Source: Chiloscyllium plagiosum
Lineage: Eukaryota
DNA: 64,000 bases
Assembly: GCF_004010195.1 (NCBI RefSeq)
Contig: NC_057751.1
Span: 8,935,611 to 8,999,610 of the forward strand
Direction: 5' to 3'
The notes beneath the pieces are model-generated. The model was not told the origin of the DNA, searched no databases, and saw only the letters and a list, made by a program, of their open reading frames with translations. The translations under genes were made by a program, and so were the position numbers. Below are positions 25,411 through 37,846 of this stretch, one piece after another; position 1 is the first letter of the stretch, and each line of letters starts with the position of its first letter.

Positions 25411-28400
25411 TTTTTTGATGAGGCATTCTGTTACCTTTTTGTTTAAATGACTTGTTAAAGTGAAGTGCAGAGTGTCAAGAATGGTTCTGTTTGAATTACA
25501 GGTTGGCTCTCTTTTTCTTTCTGATTTTCAGTTTCTCTGCACTACCAGGGAGCTTCGAAAGCTCAGATTTCACTCTCTCTTTACTAATCACATCTCATAA
25601 ACCATTATCTCAAGGCTCATTCTGTGTGGGATTGAAGAAATGCTCATCCAAACTAACAATTCTGCACAGTTTCATCTGGTGTTTATATGTAACAACATTT
25701 ATGAAAAATAAAGCATAACAAAATCAGGGTTCAGATGATTCCTATGTGGAATAATAGTTTCCGAGGTGTAAGATAAAATCAAGAATCTCAGTGGATTGTC
25801 CGCATTGCTTGTATGTAGATTAACAGAGTATAGGGAGGAAAGATTGAAGTTTAGTTGGACAGATTTGACTGTACTGATTTTCATTGGGTTCCTGAAGAAA
25901 TCTGTGATGTAAACTCCAAACAATACTCTTCTGACACTGAGCTCACAGACATCGCTGAGTACTCCTTCCACTCCACCCAGACATGAATCTTCCAATAAAT
26001 ATCTATTTTGTTTTCTGTTTCTCAGGCAATTTTAAAATTTATTCCCCAATGTTTAGCCCAAAACCCAATGGCTTTGTGGCTTTTATGTGGAACTTTATGA
26101 AATGCCTTTTTGGAAGTATTGGTCCATCATGTTATACAGTTTATCACAGATCCCCTTGAGTTTTTCACCTCCTCACAGAAATTGAGGAGATTGGTCAGGC
26201 TGAGCTCATTCTCCTCTTAGGCACCATGATGCTATTCAACCCTGTCAAAGAAGAAGAGCATGCAATCATTGACTCAGACCTTCACTGCTGAACAGCCCAC
26301 CAAAATTCACTCTCCAGATTAACACCAATCATTTTGAAGGTGGGAGTGAACTGTATCTCTTCAAGGATATTCCTTCAGGAGAGGAGCAAGGTTAATCACA
26401 GCAGTCAATGCTGAATTTCTATCTTAAATAGCCAAATGATTTACCATTCATGGCATTTTAAATAAAAGTGAATCTTACACAGCCCTCACAGTTTGTTTGA
26501 AGAGTTGCTGTAAAGAAGGTTTTGCATAGGGCGAAAGCTGGTCGAATTTAAAGCCATGTCTGACAGGATCTAAATGAATCCAACTTTGCCAAATTAGACT
26601 CTAACCAGAGTTACTGGCAACTGGAAGGCACTGTCAATAGCTTCACTTTCAGTATTTGAAGTTACAGATTTGAGAAAGCCAAGATTGTCCATAACTAAAC
26701 AGTGATTTATTTTAACACTCCGTGTTGTTGAATATCCAACCACCATTTACTCTCAAGATTCACACTGTAGAAATGGAGACTTCTTGGAGGATGCTGGGAA
26801 AGTCAGCAACTGTTGAACTGCCCCCAGCAAACATTGATATCTTCAGGAATGATGGAAAAGTACAAATGTTGAGTTGGATACTGATTGTCCAATGGAACCA
26901 GAATCCAAATCTCCCTTGATATTGTTACATGACTCCTCTAATTAGCTGTGTGTTCTCCTTCATTCCTGACAAGCAAGCTGTAAGTCTCTGAGCTCCCTGG
27001 CTCTCTGTGTTTAATGATGGAGAGCAACATGGAAGTGTCAGGTCTTCTAAAGGAAATTGATTGCAATTTTTTCAGATGTTAATCTCCATTGATCAATACT
27101 CTACCTTTAAGTTAAATTGGGATCTATTCTGCCTTATGTTTGCTTCTCAGAAAGGCTTCTGAACGGAAGGGTAAACTGCTGACCATAAAATGAAAGTGTC
27201 GCAGTTTTGCCTGTTTATCAAAATATAAAAGAAGGATAGAATGTTTAGTTTGACTTGGAATAGCAGCGAGCTGTAAAGAAAATCTCTCTTGTCAAGTCAT
27301 AATTTCGAGTTAGTGGTTTAAAACTGTATTTGTTAAACACTTAACCGTGTGTTACAGGGTTCATAAACCTAGAGAGTGACAGGCGTCTGTCTGTGCTTGT
27401 CAATGTGCTGCCAATCATGGTGCCTTATCACCAATGGACAGCAGAGGTCAGTGTACATGTCAGAGACTGGTGCCATGGTTAATGCAGGCCACTGCTACTG
27501 CATAACTTATTCTGTCACCCAGAATTAACCCATTCCTGTCTTTCCTATGTTCAGAAAGGAGAAGTGGTGTTTATGTTGTGCTTTTAAAACATTAAAAACA
27601 CTTTAAAACCAATTCAGTACTTTTGAAGTTAAGGCATTTCTTTCAATTTAGGAAACACAGTAATTTGCACACAGCAAGCTCCCACAAACAGCACTGTGAA
27701 AATAACTAGACAATCTGTTTTTCACTGATATTATGGAGAAATGCCCCCCCACCCCCAGTTCCCACCCAACTATTGATTCTAACTTGTCCCTGATCCTGAC
27801 CAGACAGGGAAACCCCCAAAAATGCCTCCTATCATCTGTCTTTGTTTGGAGTGAAGACAGGCAATTTCTATGAACTATGACAGATTATGTGACATTGCAA
27901 AATTCAAGTCAGCCCAATCCAAGACTTTGAATTTCAGAGATTCTGGTTTACATAAATTTTGCTTTTGGAGCCAATTCTCCCTGTGTTCCTTACTCAACGG
28001 TACTAGCATTCACGACTGAAGGCTGGCCAGCCAAACCTGTTCAAATGCCGCATTAGTATTGTCCAGTGCCATCATGTAACCATCTTCTGCACAGAGCAAT
28101 TAGTCTACCACACAACCTCTAGTGCAAATTCCTAAATGACAAATATTCTCTCTTAATGTTGGTCCTGATGGTGCCTCAAGCTTGGCAGAGTGGAGCCCAA
28201 TACTTATCTTTTTTGCTTGCTTTGCAAGTAAAAGGTAAAAAGTTGTGGTTTTCAAAAGGTCACAAACCAGTCCCCAGAGTCCTCTTCCACACTTGAGGGG
28301 CAATGCAGAAAGGAAGGTGGTCAATCCTGTCAACCTCTTTGACCAGCCACTCCGAACCTCCTATGCCAGAAATGTGTGCTCCAATGTCTCAGTGCACACA

Positions 28401-28532
28401 AACGAAACAGACAAGTTGGTGCTCGCAGGAGGGGCGATAGGAAGTGATGGAATGTAAATTGTAAAATTTAAGGACTTTTGAAGTTAGGCCCAAACCCTGT
28501 TTGATTTCCAATGTTGCGTAACACACAACACA

Positions 28533-28849
28533 TTTGGAGTTTACATCACAGATTTCTTCAGGAACCCAGTGAAAACAGTACAGTCAAAACTGTCCAACTA
28601 AACTTCAATCTTTCCTCCCTATACTCTGTTAATCTACATACAAGCAATTAGAGGAGTCATGTAACAATATCAAGGGAGATTTGGATTCTGGTTCCATTGG
28701 ACAATCAGTATCCAACTCAACATTTGTACTTTTCCATCATTCCTGAAGATATCAATGTTTGTTGGGGGCAGTTCGACAGTTGCTGACTTTCCCAGCATCC
28801 TCCAAGAAGTCCCCATTTCTACAGTGTGAATCTTGAGAGTAAATGGTGG
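28533..28849 (-). repeat. Composite inverted copy of 25804-25920 and 26740-26943
   Basis: 28533-28648 is the reverse complement of 25804-25920 (about 3 differences); 28646-28849 is the reverse complement of 26740-26943 (about 3 differences). The pieces join through a 3-bp microhomology (ATT/AAT). Confidence 0.95.
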
Positions 28850-30019
28850 CTCGTCCTTTATGAGGCAATGTCAACATCCTACATTGTGATTATACTCACT
28901 GTACTATAAACACAGACAACACTAGTTCCATACAGAGCATTCATACTTGGCCAAAGCAACACCTGTTTTTTTAGCCAAGTTCCTCAGTGCAAAAATAGTT
29001 TTGAATTATATTCTCTCAGTGTCCCAAAGTCAAAGAGGTCTCGTCAGTTCTATTGTAAGGAAGTTAGCTATCCACCCATTTTTGCATATCGTCCATTAGT
29101 AAATTCACTGAAAGTGAATTCTTTACTCCATGAACCATATTTCCCTCCAACTGCTCTCACCTGGGACCCATTGGAACGAGTGTCACACCTATTTCTTTGC
29201 TTTCGCTTACTCTTACTCTGGGAACATCAGAGCTATTGCCAAGGATTCCACTGGGACTGGATGAAAAATATTTGCCTCTGTAATGCTTTTATTGTTTTCA
29301 AAGGAAGCAGAATAAGCTCATTTACTAAATCATATCATTTTAGTACTCATAATTGTACTGTACTCAACAAGCCAAATCAGAGATGAATAAGAATGGACCC
29401 CCATTGCCAAATCCCCCGATGTTGGTCCAGAATGCTTGTTATGAAACAATCATACATTCTGTTCATTCCCAATTTAGTTTTTTTTAACTCCTGCTTGTGC
29501 AACAGAGCATTCTGTACTGTTACTGAAGTGTTTACACAGTATGTACCACATCATTATCATGAGAATCTATCAGGAAATAGTTCATGTTTGTTTCACATGA
29601 ACACCCACAGTACCTACACAATGTTATCCTCTGCATTGTCAGCAATCCATTATGATCCCAACTCTGTGATCATAGACCATTGAATCTAAGTACATGGCAC
29701 AATTTCTCTGACCTCTTTGCCTTGCTTTCTGACTCTTTCATTGAAAACTTCATTGCCAAGATTGGTACAAAACCACATACCCCAGACTAACTTGGTTAGT
29801 ATTAAACTAGCCCATCTCAGCTGGGATATAATAGGAGTACTACCATTGACTTAAATTCTCCAGAGAAGTCACAAAATCAGGCAGGATCTCTAGCATTTAA
29901 TTGTAATCCAATTCCCTGCTACAAAGTTCATGTGTGGGCTTTGGTGAGAACAGGATAATGTTCAGCTGTGATACACCCAAAGGCCAAATATTCTGTCACC
30001 AACCAATATGCAGAAAGAT

Positions 30020-30260
30020 ATAATAACAAAAAGACTTGCATTTTTACAGCGGACACTCACAGCCTTGGGATCCAGTTTAGCTCGTCAATTACCTAATTCC
30101 CTTGAAACAGTCGTCTCTTTTGTTATATAGGCAAGCGCAGATGACAAATTATGCATAGCAAAATTCCACAGACAGCAAATGAAATTAATGCCCAAATAAT
30201 CCTTTGGCCAGGGTGAGCATTTCTGCTCATCTTAAATTCATATTATGGAATTATTATATT
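30020..30260 (-). mobile_element. DeuSINE-like fragment
   Basis: aaagacttgcatttttacagc...aaattatgcatagcaaaattccacagacagcaaatg (reverse of Deu domain and tail). Confidence 0.6.
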
Positions 30261-30265
30261 CATGT

Positions 30266-30482
30266 GTGTATGGAATGAGCTACGAGAGGAAGTGGTGGAG
30301 GCTGGTTCAATGACAACATTTAAAAGGCACCTGGATGGGTACATGAATAGGAAGGGTTTAGAGGAATATGGGCCAAATACTGGCAAATGGGACTAAATTA
30401 ATTTAGTATATCTGGTCAGCATGGATGAGTTGGACCAAAAGGTCTGCTTCCATTCTGTACAGCCCTATGAATCTATAACTCT
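30266..30482 (+). mobile_element. CR1/HER1 3' end
   Basis: gtatggaatgagctacgagaggaagtggtggaggctgg...ttggaccaaaaggtctgcttcc...ctatgaatctataactctg. Confidence 0.85.
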
Positions 30483-31139
30483 GTCTGGAAGGAGACAGTG
30501 CTAACAATGCATACCCTCATGCAGTACTGCAATGAAACCACTGAAGTGATGCTTGAACTCATGATCTATCGAGGTGACAATCTTGCCAATAAATGTTCAG
30601 TTCACTGGGATACTGGAGGACAAGAAATACCGTTGGGACTGTTGCCCAGCAACTGTGAAGAGAACAACGTTAAGGTAGCTGAGGTTTGAGTCATTCCACC
30701 TGTGTTTTTTAAAATACTATTTTGCAGTTGAACAGAGATCAAATGCAACTGGAAATGTGAGCTCTTAATGCAAACACACCAATTGTATGGAAGCTGAAAC
30801 CCATCAATAAGATCCATCTGGAATCACTTTGTGGAATTCAGTAATTGATTCTCAGTACCAAGCATCTCTGCAACAACTCCTGTCTAGTGAAAGCCATAGC
30901 AAAGAAATCACAGAGAGTTTAGCTGCTTCGTCCCTGTTCTTTCAGCAACATGTCCATATCTGGAATAAATGTCAGGATAAGCTCGGGTTGTTTTCTTTGG
31001 AACAGAGAAGATTTACTTGAGGTGTATACTGTCATGCAGGGTCAAAGTGGAGGGAAAGGATATATTTCCTTGAGCAGTGAAGTCAACAAACAAGGGGGCA
31101 TGGATGTCCAACAATTGTTTATGAACAGTAAACATTCAC

Positions 31140-31440
31140 AGCCTCAGAATCCTGTAATTTTTTAATTGCCTTGGAAGTGCAGAGCCCCTTGTTATATCAG
31201 CATTGTGAAAGATAAATTATGCACAGCAAGATTCCACAGACACAAATGAGATTAATGCCTGGATAATCTGTTGGCCAGGACACTGGTGAATACTTCTGTT
31301 CATTTTCAATTAATGTTGTGGAACCATTTATCTTCATCTGGGAGGGGACACTGCCCATAATGCAAAACACCCTCAGTATTACAGTGAAGCTTGAATGCAC
31401 AAATCTGTGACTCAGACGCAAAAGTACTGCCAATAAGCGG
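31140..31440 (-). mobile_element. DeuSINE-like SINE
   Basis: tgcacagcaagattccacagacac...ggccaggacactgg...gggacactgcccataatgcaaaacaccctcagtattacagtg. Confidence 0.65.
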
Positions 31441-32029
31441 AAGATAATGGGAAATTTTATCACCCAAAGCATTGTCGGGCTTTCTGCCTGAAAAGGTGGT
31501 AGAGCTAGAAACTCTTATCACATTTCGCAGATTAGGATCTAAGGTCTGGAAAATGGGTTGACATTCAATCACTATGAATACATGCGTTGAATGTCCTGTT
31601 TCTGTGATGTAAATTTCTATGATATATATTAAAACTGACATGACTCAGGCAGGTTAACCCAAAGTCAGAGGTAAGAGCTCAGAGCAACACATTAATCTGA
31701 AAGGATTCTTCAGCCACAGAATGGCTCGACACAGCATAAAGAACTTTGTAGAGATAGTAAAGCTGAAACATAACTTCTTTTCATATCCACAAAGTTAACC
31801 AGACTAGAGGTAGTACAGGTTTAGGGTAATGCAGAGAATGTTTCACAGAGATTCCATTGAGTATTTATTTGAAATGGTGGAACATGTTGACAGAAAGGTG
31901 AGACCAGACACTGGATCAATTTCAGAAATAGCGAGATGAGAAGCCATAAAGTTGAGATTCTTGATCTTGTGAACTGTAGGGCCTCTTTTTGAGTGCTTCA
32001 CACTCAATTAAGGCCCGGAGAGGTTTTCA

Positions 32030-32731
32030 GAGTTGAAAAATGCGGTGCTGGAAAAACACAGCAGGCCAGGCCGCGTGCAAGGAGCAGGTGAATCGACATT
32101 TCGGGCATAAGCCCTTCTTCAGGAATGAGGCTGGTGTGCCAAGCGGGCTGAGATAAAAGGTAGGGGGGAGGGGATTTTGGGGAGGGGCGCTGGGAATACG
32201 ATAGGTGGAAGGAGGTGAGGGTGATAGGCCGGAGAGGGGGTGGTGGTGGAGAGGTTACCACTGCCTCCGACATTATAGTCCCACAACACCGCACCACCCG
32301 TTTCTACCTCCTACCCAAAATCCACAAATCCATCTGCCCCGGCTGACCCATTGTCTCAGCCTGCTCCTGCCCCACCGAACTCATCTCNNNNNNNNNNNNN
32401 NNNNNNNNNNNNNNNNNNNGCCTTATCTTCACCATGGACATCCAGTCCCTATACACCTCCATCCCCCATCACAAAGGCCTTAAAGCCTTTCGCTTCTTCC
32501 CTTCCCGCCGACCCAAGAACTCCCCACCTACATTTGGGGTACCACCCAACACCCTCCAGCTCCACCCTACCTTCTATCTCAGCCCGCTTGGCACACCAGC
32601 CTCATTTCTGAAGAAGGGCTTATGCCCGAAACATCGATTCTCCTGCTCCTCGCATGCTGCCTGGCCTGCTGTGTTTTTCCAGTACCACATTTTTCAACTC
32701 TGGTACTCCAGCATCTGCAGTCCTCAATTTC
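32030..32731 (+). mobile_element. Penelope-like element, family A, inverted pLTRs with RT remnants
   Basis: ~16-bp TSD cccggaga[g/a]gttttca (32014-32029 / 32732-32747). RT pieces FYLLPKIHK and MDIQSLYTSIPH; hammerhead motifs at 32095-32122 (-) and 32608-32635 (+). N gap at 32388-32419. Confidence 0.9.
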
Positions 32732-33319
32732 CCCGGAGAAGTTTTCAATTCCATATCGTTTTCTCAGACAAATGACACTGAACCAGTGTCAGCAGTCCAA
32801 CAATCTATATTTAGAATGGGTTAACTGCACTGAATACATAGCCTTGTTGTGGTATCAGGTTGTCAAAGCTAATGCACCATGATTAGCACAGTGCCAAGGA
32901 GAGGTAAACAGGTAACCCACCTGATCTCTGAAAGGAAATTTCAGATAATAAACACAATTCTTAAATGGGCATAGATTAAAAAAAAGCCATCCAGTCCCCT
33001 TCTTCTGTTCTCCCTCCCAACACACCATCATTTTCTGAAAGTTATGCATTTAAGAGTAAACGTCCATTGTAGCAAGCAGCTCTCTCCGCCAAATGGCCTC
33101 CCTCATGTATGTGAGTAACTATAAGACAAGAGTTGCACAGAGCTGAGCTAAATTCTACCTTCATGTGACAACTACTCTCCAGTCCTTGACAGTGGTTGGG
33201 ATCACAAACCTTCACAGATATTTCCTCTTCTGTCAGAGGAGCTGATAACAACTGTAATAGTGGAGTGACTTGATAGAGATATTTAAAACATACGAAGGGT
33301 TTAATTTTTCAGACATTGG

Positions 33320-33680
33320 TTCCTGGTATTCGGGCATTTCTTGAACTGCTGCAATCTTTGACATGCAGAGACACTCACAGCAAGAGAGTTCCTGGATTTT
33401 GAAGAATGACAGTGAAGAAATGGCAGTATAGTTCGAAGTCAGAATGGTGTGTCACTTAACAGAGAACTTGCAGGTGATAGTTTTTCCATGCATCTGCCAC
33501 TCATATCTTTCTAGGTGTCAAACGTCATGGGTTTGGAAGATCCTTTTGAAGGAGCTTGAGTGGATTAGCACACTGCATCTTGTAGATGGTGCACATTGCT
33601 GCTGCTGTGTTGATGGAGAATAGGATGAATAATGAAGGTGATGGATGGGGTGCCAATCAAGGAGCTCCTTTGTTCAATAG
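33320..33680 (-). mobile_element. Crack/L2-like LINE fragment
   Basis: ttcttgaactgctgca...gagttcctggatttt...gcatcttgtagatggtgcaca; same family as 3205-4255. Confidence 0.75.
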
Positions 33681-34719
33681 GACAAACAACAGCTCAGTCT
33701 TAAAATCCTTTCTCTTCACTAAGGCAAAGTTTTTACCGAGGCACAAGTGAGAATATGAAATTTGCTACCTGAGAGAACAGTTGTAGCAAATAGCAGAGAT
33801 TCATTTCCAGGAAAATGAGATCAAAGTGGAGTAGAAGCTAATGCCTCCTAAAATGATTGAGGAGAGTTGCTAAAAGACACAAGTTGGTAATAAACAAACA
33901 TAAATTAAATGCTTTCTATTTGTTCATGGAATCTTTTGAAATAGACTGATGCTGGAAAATGCTGACATGCTACACATACTCTTGGAATAAAGAGCCTGTT
34001 GTCTTTTAGTGAAGCTTTACCGATAAATGTAACAACATTCTCAATTAAGCAGGAAGCTCTTTGAAGATTTAACTCACAAGACTCAAAGATTCTTGTCATT
34101 GATCTATTTCTCAGTTCCAACCTGCATCTTCATCTTTCATGTTTCAACCTTGCTCATCTCTCTTTCTTACTGGTATATTGATATTGTTCGATTAGATCAT
34201 TACCTCTAAAATCTAAATATCCTACTCATGTTATTTTCATCTTCGATGCTTTGACACACTGGATAACTTGAACTTTCGTTGCATTGTCTTCTGCTTGCAC
34301 TCATTCTTTGAAAGAAACTCAATCCTTTACGATCTCCTCAATGACGTAGTATTTGTTTTTTTTTTCATCAGTCTACACACAAAAAAATGTCGAGCTTGGT
34401 CTCACCAAATTACAAATTGTTGCCCAATTTATCTCATCTTCTGTTGTTTTTTGCAGCCTGCTTTGCCAGCCAGGTATTATCACTCTGCAGCATTAGCTCT
34501 CTGGCAGGACATGCAGGGAAATACTTTTCTTGTTAATCAATGCAGTGGAGATAAATTACTCTTTGGAGTGTCACATTGTGACCTGTTGTAGAGTCTGCAC
34601 TCCAGCAGAAAGCAGTGCCGTGCTCAATCTCCAAAGAGGTCTGAATTCATCCACAGTGATGTCCAGGTGACTGCTTACAATCCTAAGTCATGTAAACATG
34701 GTCCAAAAACACAGAAAAA

Positions 34720-35049
34720 TAGAAAAGTTCCACAAAGAGTAAACACATGACTGAGCAATCTTTATATAGTTAAGTTCAGAACAGGTCATGAAGAAATATT
34801 AATCAATAAAATGAATGGATAAGATATAAAAGTGTACTTTGTAATTGCTTAAAAGCTGAAAACAGCTTTAGAGGAAAATAGAAGTTGGCTATTCAGCCCT
34901 GTTAGAAAAGTTCCACAAAGAGTAAACACATGACTGAGCAATCTTTATATAGTTAAGTTCAGAACAGGTCATGAAGAAATATTAATCAATAAAATGAATG
35001 GATAAGATACAAAAGTGTACTTTGTAATTGCTTAAAAGCTGAAAACAGC
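34720..35049. repeat. 147-bp direct duplication with templated spacer
   Basis: 34720-34866 and 34903-35049 differ by one substitution. The spacer contains agaagttggctattcagccctgtta (34880-34904), identical to 35108-35132. Confidence 0.95.
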
Positions 35050-35127
35050 ACAGATCCAATAAAACTTGGTGGCTCATTAACATTGATAAAAGACCATTAG
35101 ACATGGCAGAAGTTGGCTATTCAGCCC

Positions 35128-35685
35128 TGTTATGGACCAGGCCAGACCCCTCAAAATATGTTAAGAAGGTTGCCCAGACCCTAACCTTTTCTTGTTTTAA
35201 AGGCAGGCAGATGTGAAGTGATATTCCAGGTGTGATGCAGCTGGTCAAACCACATGGCTTTAAGCAAAACAGAATTTATTTAAACACTACACTTGAAACA
35301 GAAACAAAAACAGACTTTAGAATAATTTAATCATTTGAAAACTCAACCAACTCAATACCAAACCTAACTAAGGAGCTATTCCAATTCCCACAACATCCCA
35401 TAAAAACACCCCTTCAAAATTCAAACATGGGTTCTTCCAGGCAGGAGAGATTTCAGAAAGAGAAGCCAGTCAAGAATCATCTGCTGAAGCTCTGGACTAC
35501 AGCAGCTTTGCACTGTTACAACTTCAAGAAACTGGAAAAAACCTGAACTGGGAGAACTGGCCACTCCCCTGCCATTGTTTTAAACTAGCCTCTTCCCCAG
35601 GCATTTTGGCACCTCTGCCTTTGCGACCTCTCTTAAAAAAATCCCAAGGACAAAATAACCTTGTTAAGAGGGCAGCATCGTCGCA
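35128..35685 (-). mobile_element. Solo LTR (558 bp)
   Basis: TG...CA termini (tgttatgg / catcgtcgca) with exact 4-bp TSD gccc (35124-35127 / 35686-35689); AATAAA on the minus strand at ~35276-35281. Confidence 0.85.
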
Positions 35686-36214
35686 GCCCATTGTATATGT
35701 TGCACCAGTCAATGAGATCAAGGCAGCTCTGGTAATTTTCAACACCACTTTCCTGCCCTTTCCCCAGACCCTTCATTTCCTAAGTGAACAAAAATCTGAC
35801 TGTATAAACCTTGACTGTACTGAACGATCCAGCCTCAATAGCCCCCTGTGGTGAAGAATTTCACGGATTACCTACCGTCTGAGAAACAAAACTCTTCCTC
35901 ATCTCTGCCTTAAATTAATGGCCCCAGACTTGTGATTATGCCTTTTGGTCCTCGATTCCAGTTCTAGGGAAAGAAATCTCTCAGCACCAACCTAGTTAAG
36001 CCCCCAAGAAACTTTTACATTTCTTTAATAGTACCTCTCAGTCTTCTGAACTCCAGTGAGTATCAGCCCAAACTACTCAATGACTCCTCAAAAGACAGTC
36101 CCTCCATACCTGGGATCAAACCAATGAACTGTATTCCAGCTGTAGCCTGTTTGGTGCCTTGTGTGGTTTTAGTAAGACTTCCCTATTTTTATGCTCCATT
36201 CCCTTTGAAATAAA

Positions 36215-36423
36215 AGCTGAAAAATGCATTGCTGGAAAAGCGCAGCAGGTCAGGCAGCATCCAAGGAGCAAGAGAATCGACGTTTCGGGCATAAGCCTGA
36301 AGAAGGGCTTATGCCCGAAACGTCGATTCTCTTGCTCCTTGGATGCTGCCTGACCTGCTGCGCTTTTCCAGCAATGCATTTTTCAGCTCTGATCTCCAGC
36401 ACCTGCAGTCCTCACTTTCTCCT
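36215..36423 (+). mobile_element. Penelope-like palindromic mini-element, family A (perfect 83-bp arms)
   Basis: 36215-36297 is the exact reverse complement of 36306-36388, with an 8-nt loop and one-sided tail ctgatctccagcacctgcagtcctcactttctcct. Direct repeat cctttgaaataaaagc at 36202-36217 / 36421-36436, partly overlapping the element ends. Confidence 0.95.
36297..36324 (+). ncRNA. Minimal hammerhead core (intact core, weak stem I)
   Basis: CTGAAGA-A-GGGC-ttat-GCCC-GAAACGTC: conserved CUGAnGA and GAAA, 4-bp stem II, palindromic ACGU, GUC cleavage triplet. Confidence 0.7.
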
Positions 36424-37527
36424 TTGAAATAAAAGCCAAGATTGCATTTGCCTTCCCTATTACCTGTTGGACTTGTATGCTCGCTTTTTTGTGATTTACG
36501 CACGCCGAATCCCAAAACCCTCTGTGCTGCAGCTTTCTACAGTCTTTCTCTATTTTAATAATATTCAACTCCTCTTCTTCCTGCCAAAATGCATAACCTC
36601 ACATTTTCCCACATTATATTTCATCTGCTAAGTTTTTGCCCACACACTTAACCTGTCTCTATCCTTCTGTAGACTTCTTGTGACATCCTTACTACTTGCC
36701 TTCCCACTTATTTTTGTGTCAACCACAAATTGATGAGAGTATATTCATTTCTGTCTTCCAAGTCATTTGAATCATAAATAATACTGGGCCCAGCACTGAT
36801 ACCTATGGTAATTCACTAGTTAGTGGTTGCCAACTGGAAAATGCCCCACTTATCCCTCTGCCTTCCAGCAACTGGCCAATTCACTATCCATGGTAGTAAA
36901 TTACTTTAACTGATTCCCCTTTATCTATCCTGTTTGTTAGTTTCTCAAAGAATTCTAATGAATCTGTCAGATTTCCCCTTCATTAAGCCATGCTAACTTT
37001 TCTTGATTATATGATGTATTTCTAAATGTTCTGCTGTACCATCTTTGGAATAGATTCTAAAATTTTCTCAATTACATATGTTAAGCTAACTGGCAACATT
37101 TACCTGTTCTCTGTCTGTCTTCCTTGTTGAATATGGGTGTAACACAATTGCTCTGGGACTCTACCAGAATTTGAGGATTCTTGAAAGATTATTACCAGTA
37201 TATTCCACTATCTTTGCAGCTACTTTCTTTCATATCCTAGTTTGCAACCCATGCAGTCCTGGAGGTCTATTGGCCTTTAACCCCATAATTTCTCCAATAC
37301 TTTATCTCAAGAGATAGTTACTGTATTTATTTTCTGCCTCAATTCTCCGATACAACCCTCACTCCTTAATTCATTAATATTTTATGAATGCTATTTATGT
37401 CTTCTACTGTGATAATTAATGCAGAGTATTTATTCAACTCCACTGCCAGTTCCTGATTCCAATTATTCTTTCCCAAAACTCACCCTCTACGTGTCCGACA
37501 TTCATTTTGACCTCTCTCTTCCCTGGT

Positions 37528-37846
37528 GGGTGGCACGGTGGCACAGTGGTTAGCACTGCTGCCTCACAGCGCCTGAGACCCGGGTTCAATTCCCACCTCA
37601 GGCGACTGACTGTGTGGAGTTTGCACGTTCTCCCTGTGTCTGCGTGGGTTTCCTCCGGGTGCTCCGGTTTCCTCCCACAGTCCAAAGATGTGCAGGTCAG
37701 GTGAATTGGCCATGCTAAATTGTCCGTAGTGTTAGGTAAGGGGTAAATGTAGGGGTATGGGTGGGTTGCGCTTCGGCGGGTCGGTGTGGACTTGTTGGGC
37801 CGAAGGGCCTGTTTCCACACTGTAATGTAATCTAATCTAATCTAAT
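37528..37846 (+). mobile_element. HE1-type V-SINE, young
   Basis: A box tggcacagtgg (37539), B box ggttcaattcc (37583), V domain, CR1-like tail gggccgaagggcctgtttccacactgta and (taatc)n; many CpGs retained. Confidence 0.95.

Noticed and set aside
27994..28086. Exon-like minus-strand segment with AG/GT borders (MALDNTNAAFEQVW)
   Set aside because: All three frames stop, and the peptide resembles the LINE RT motif ALDIxxAFDxVW; probably an old LINE remnant.
28448..28458. TGGAATGTAAA match to the miR-1 5' end
   Set aside because: Only 11 nt match and no precursor hairpin is evident.
37528..37600. tRNA gene
   Set aside because: The A/B boxes belong to a HE1 SINE head; no complete cloverleaf.
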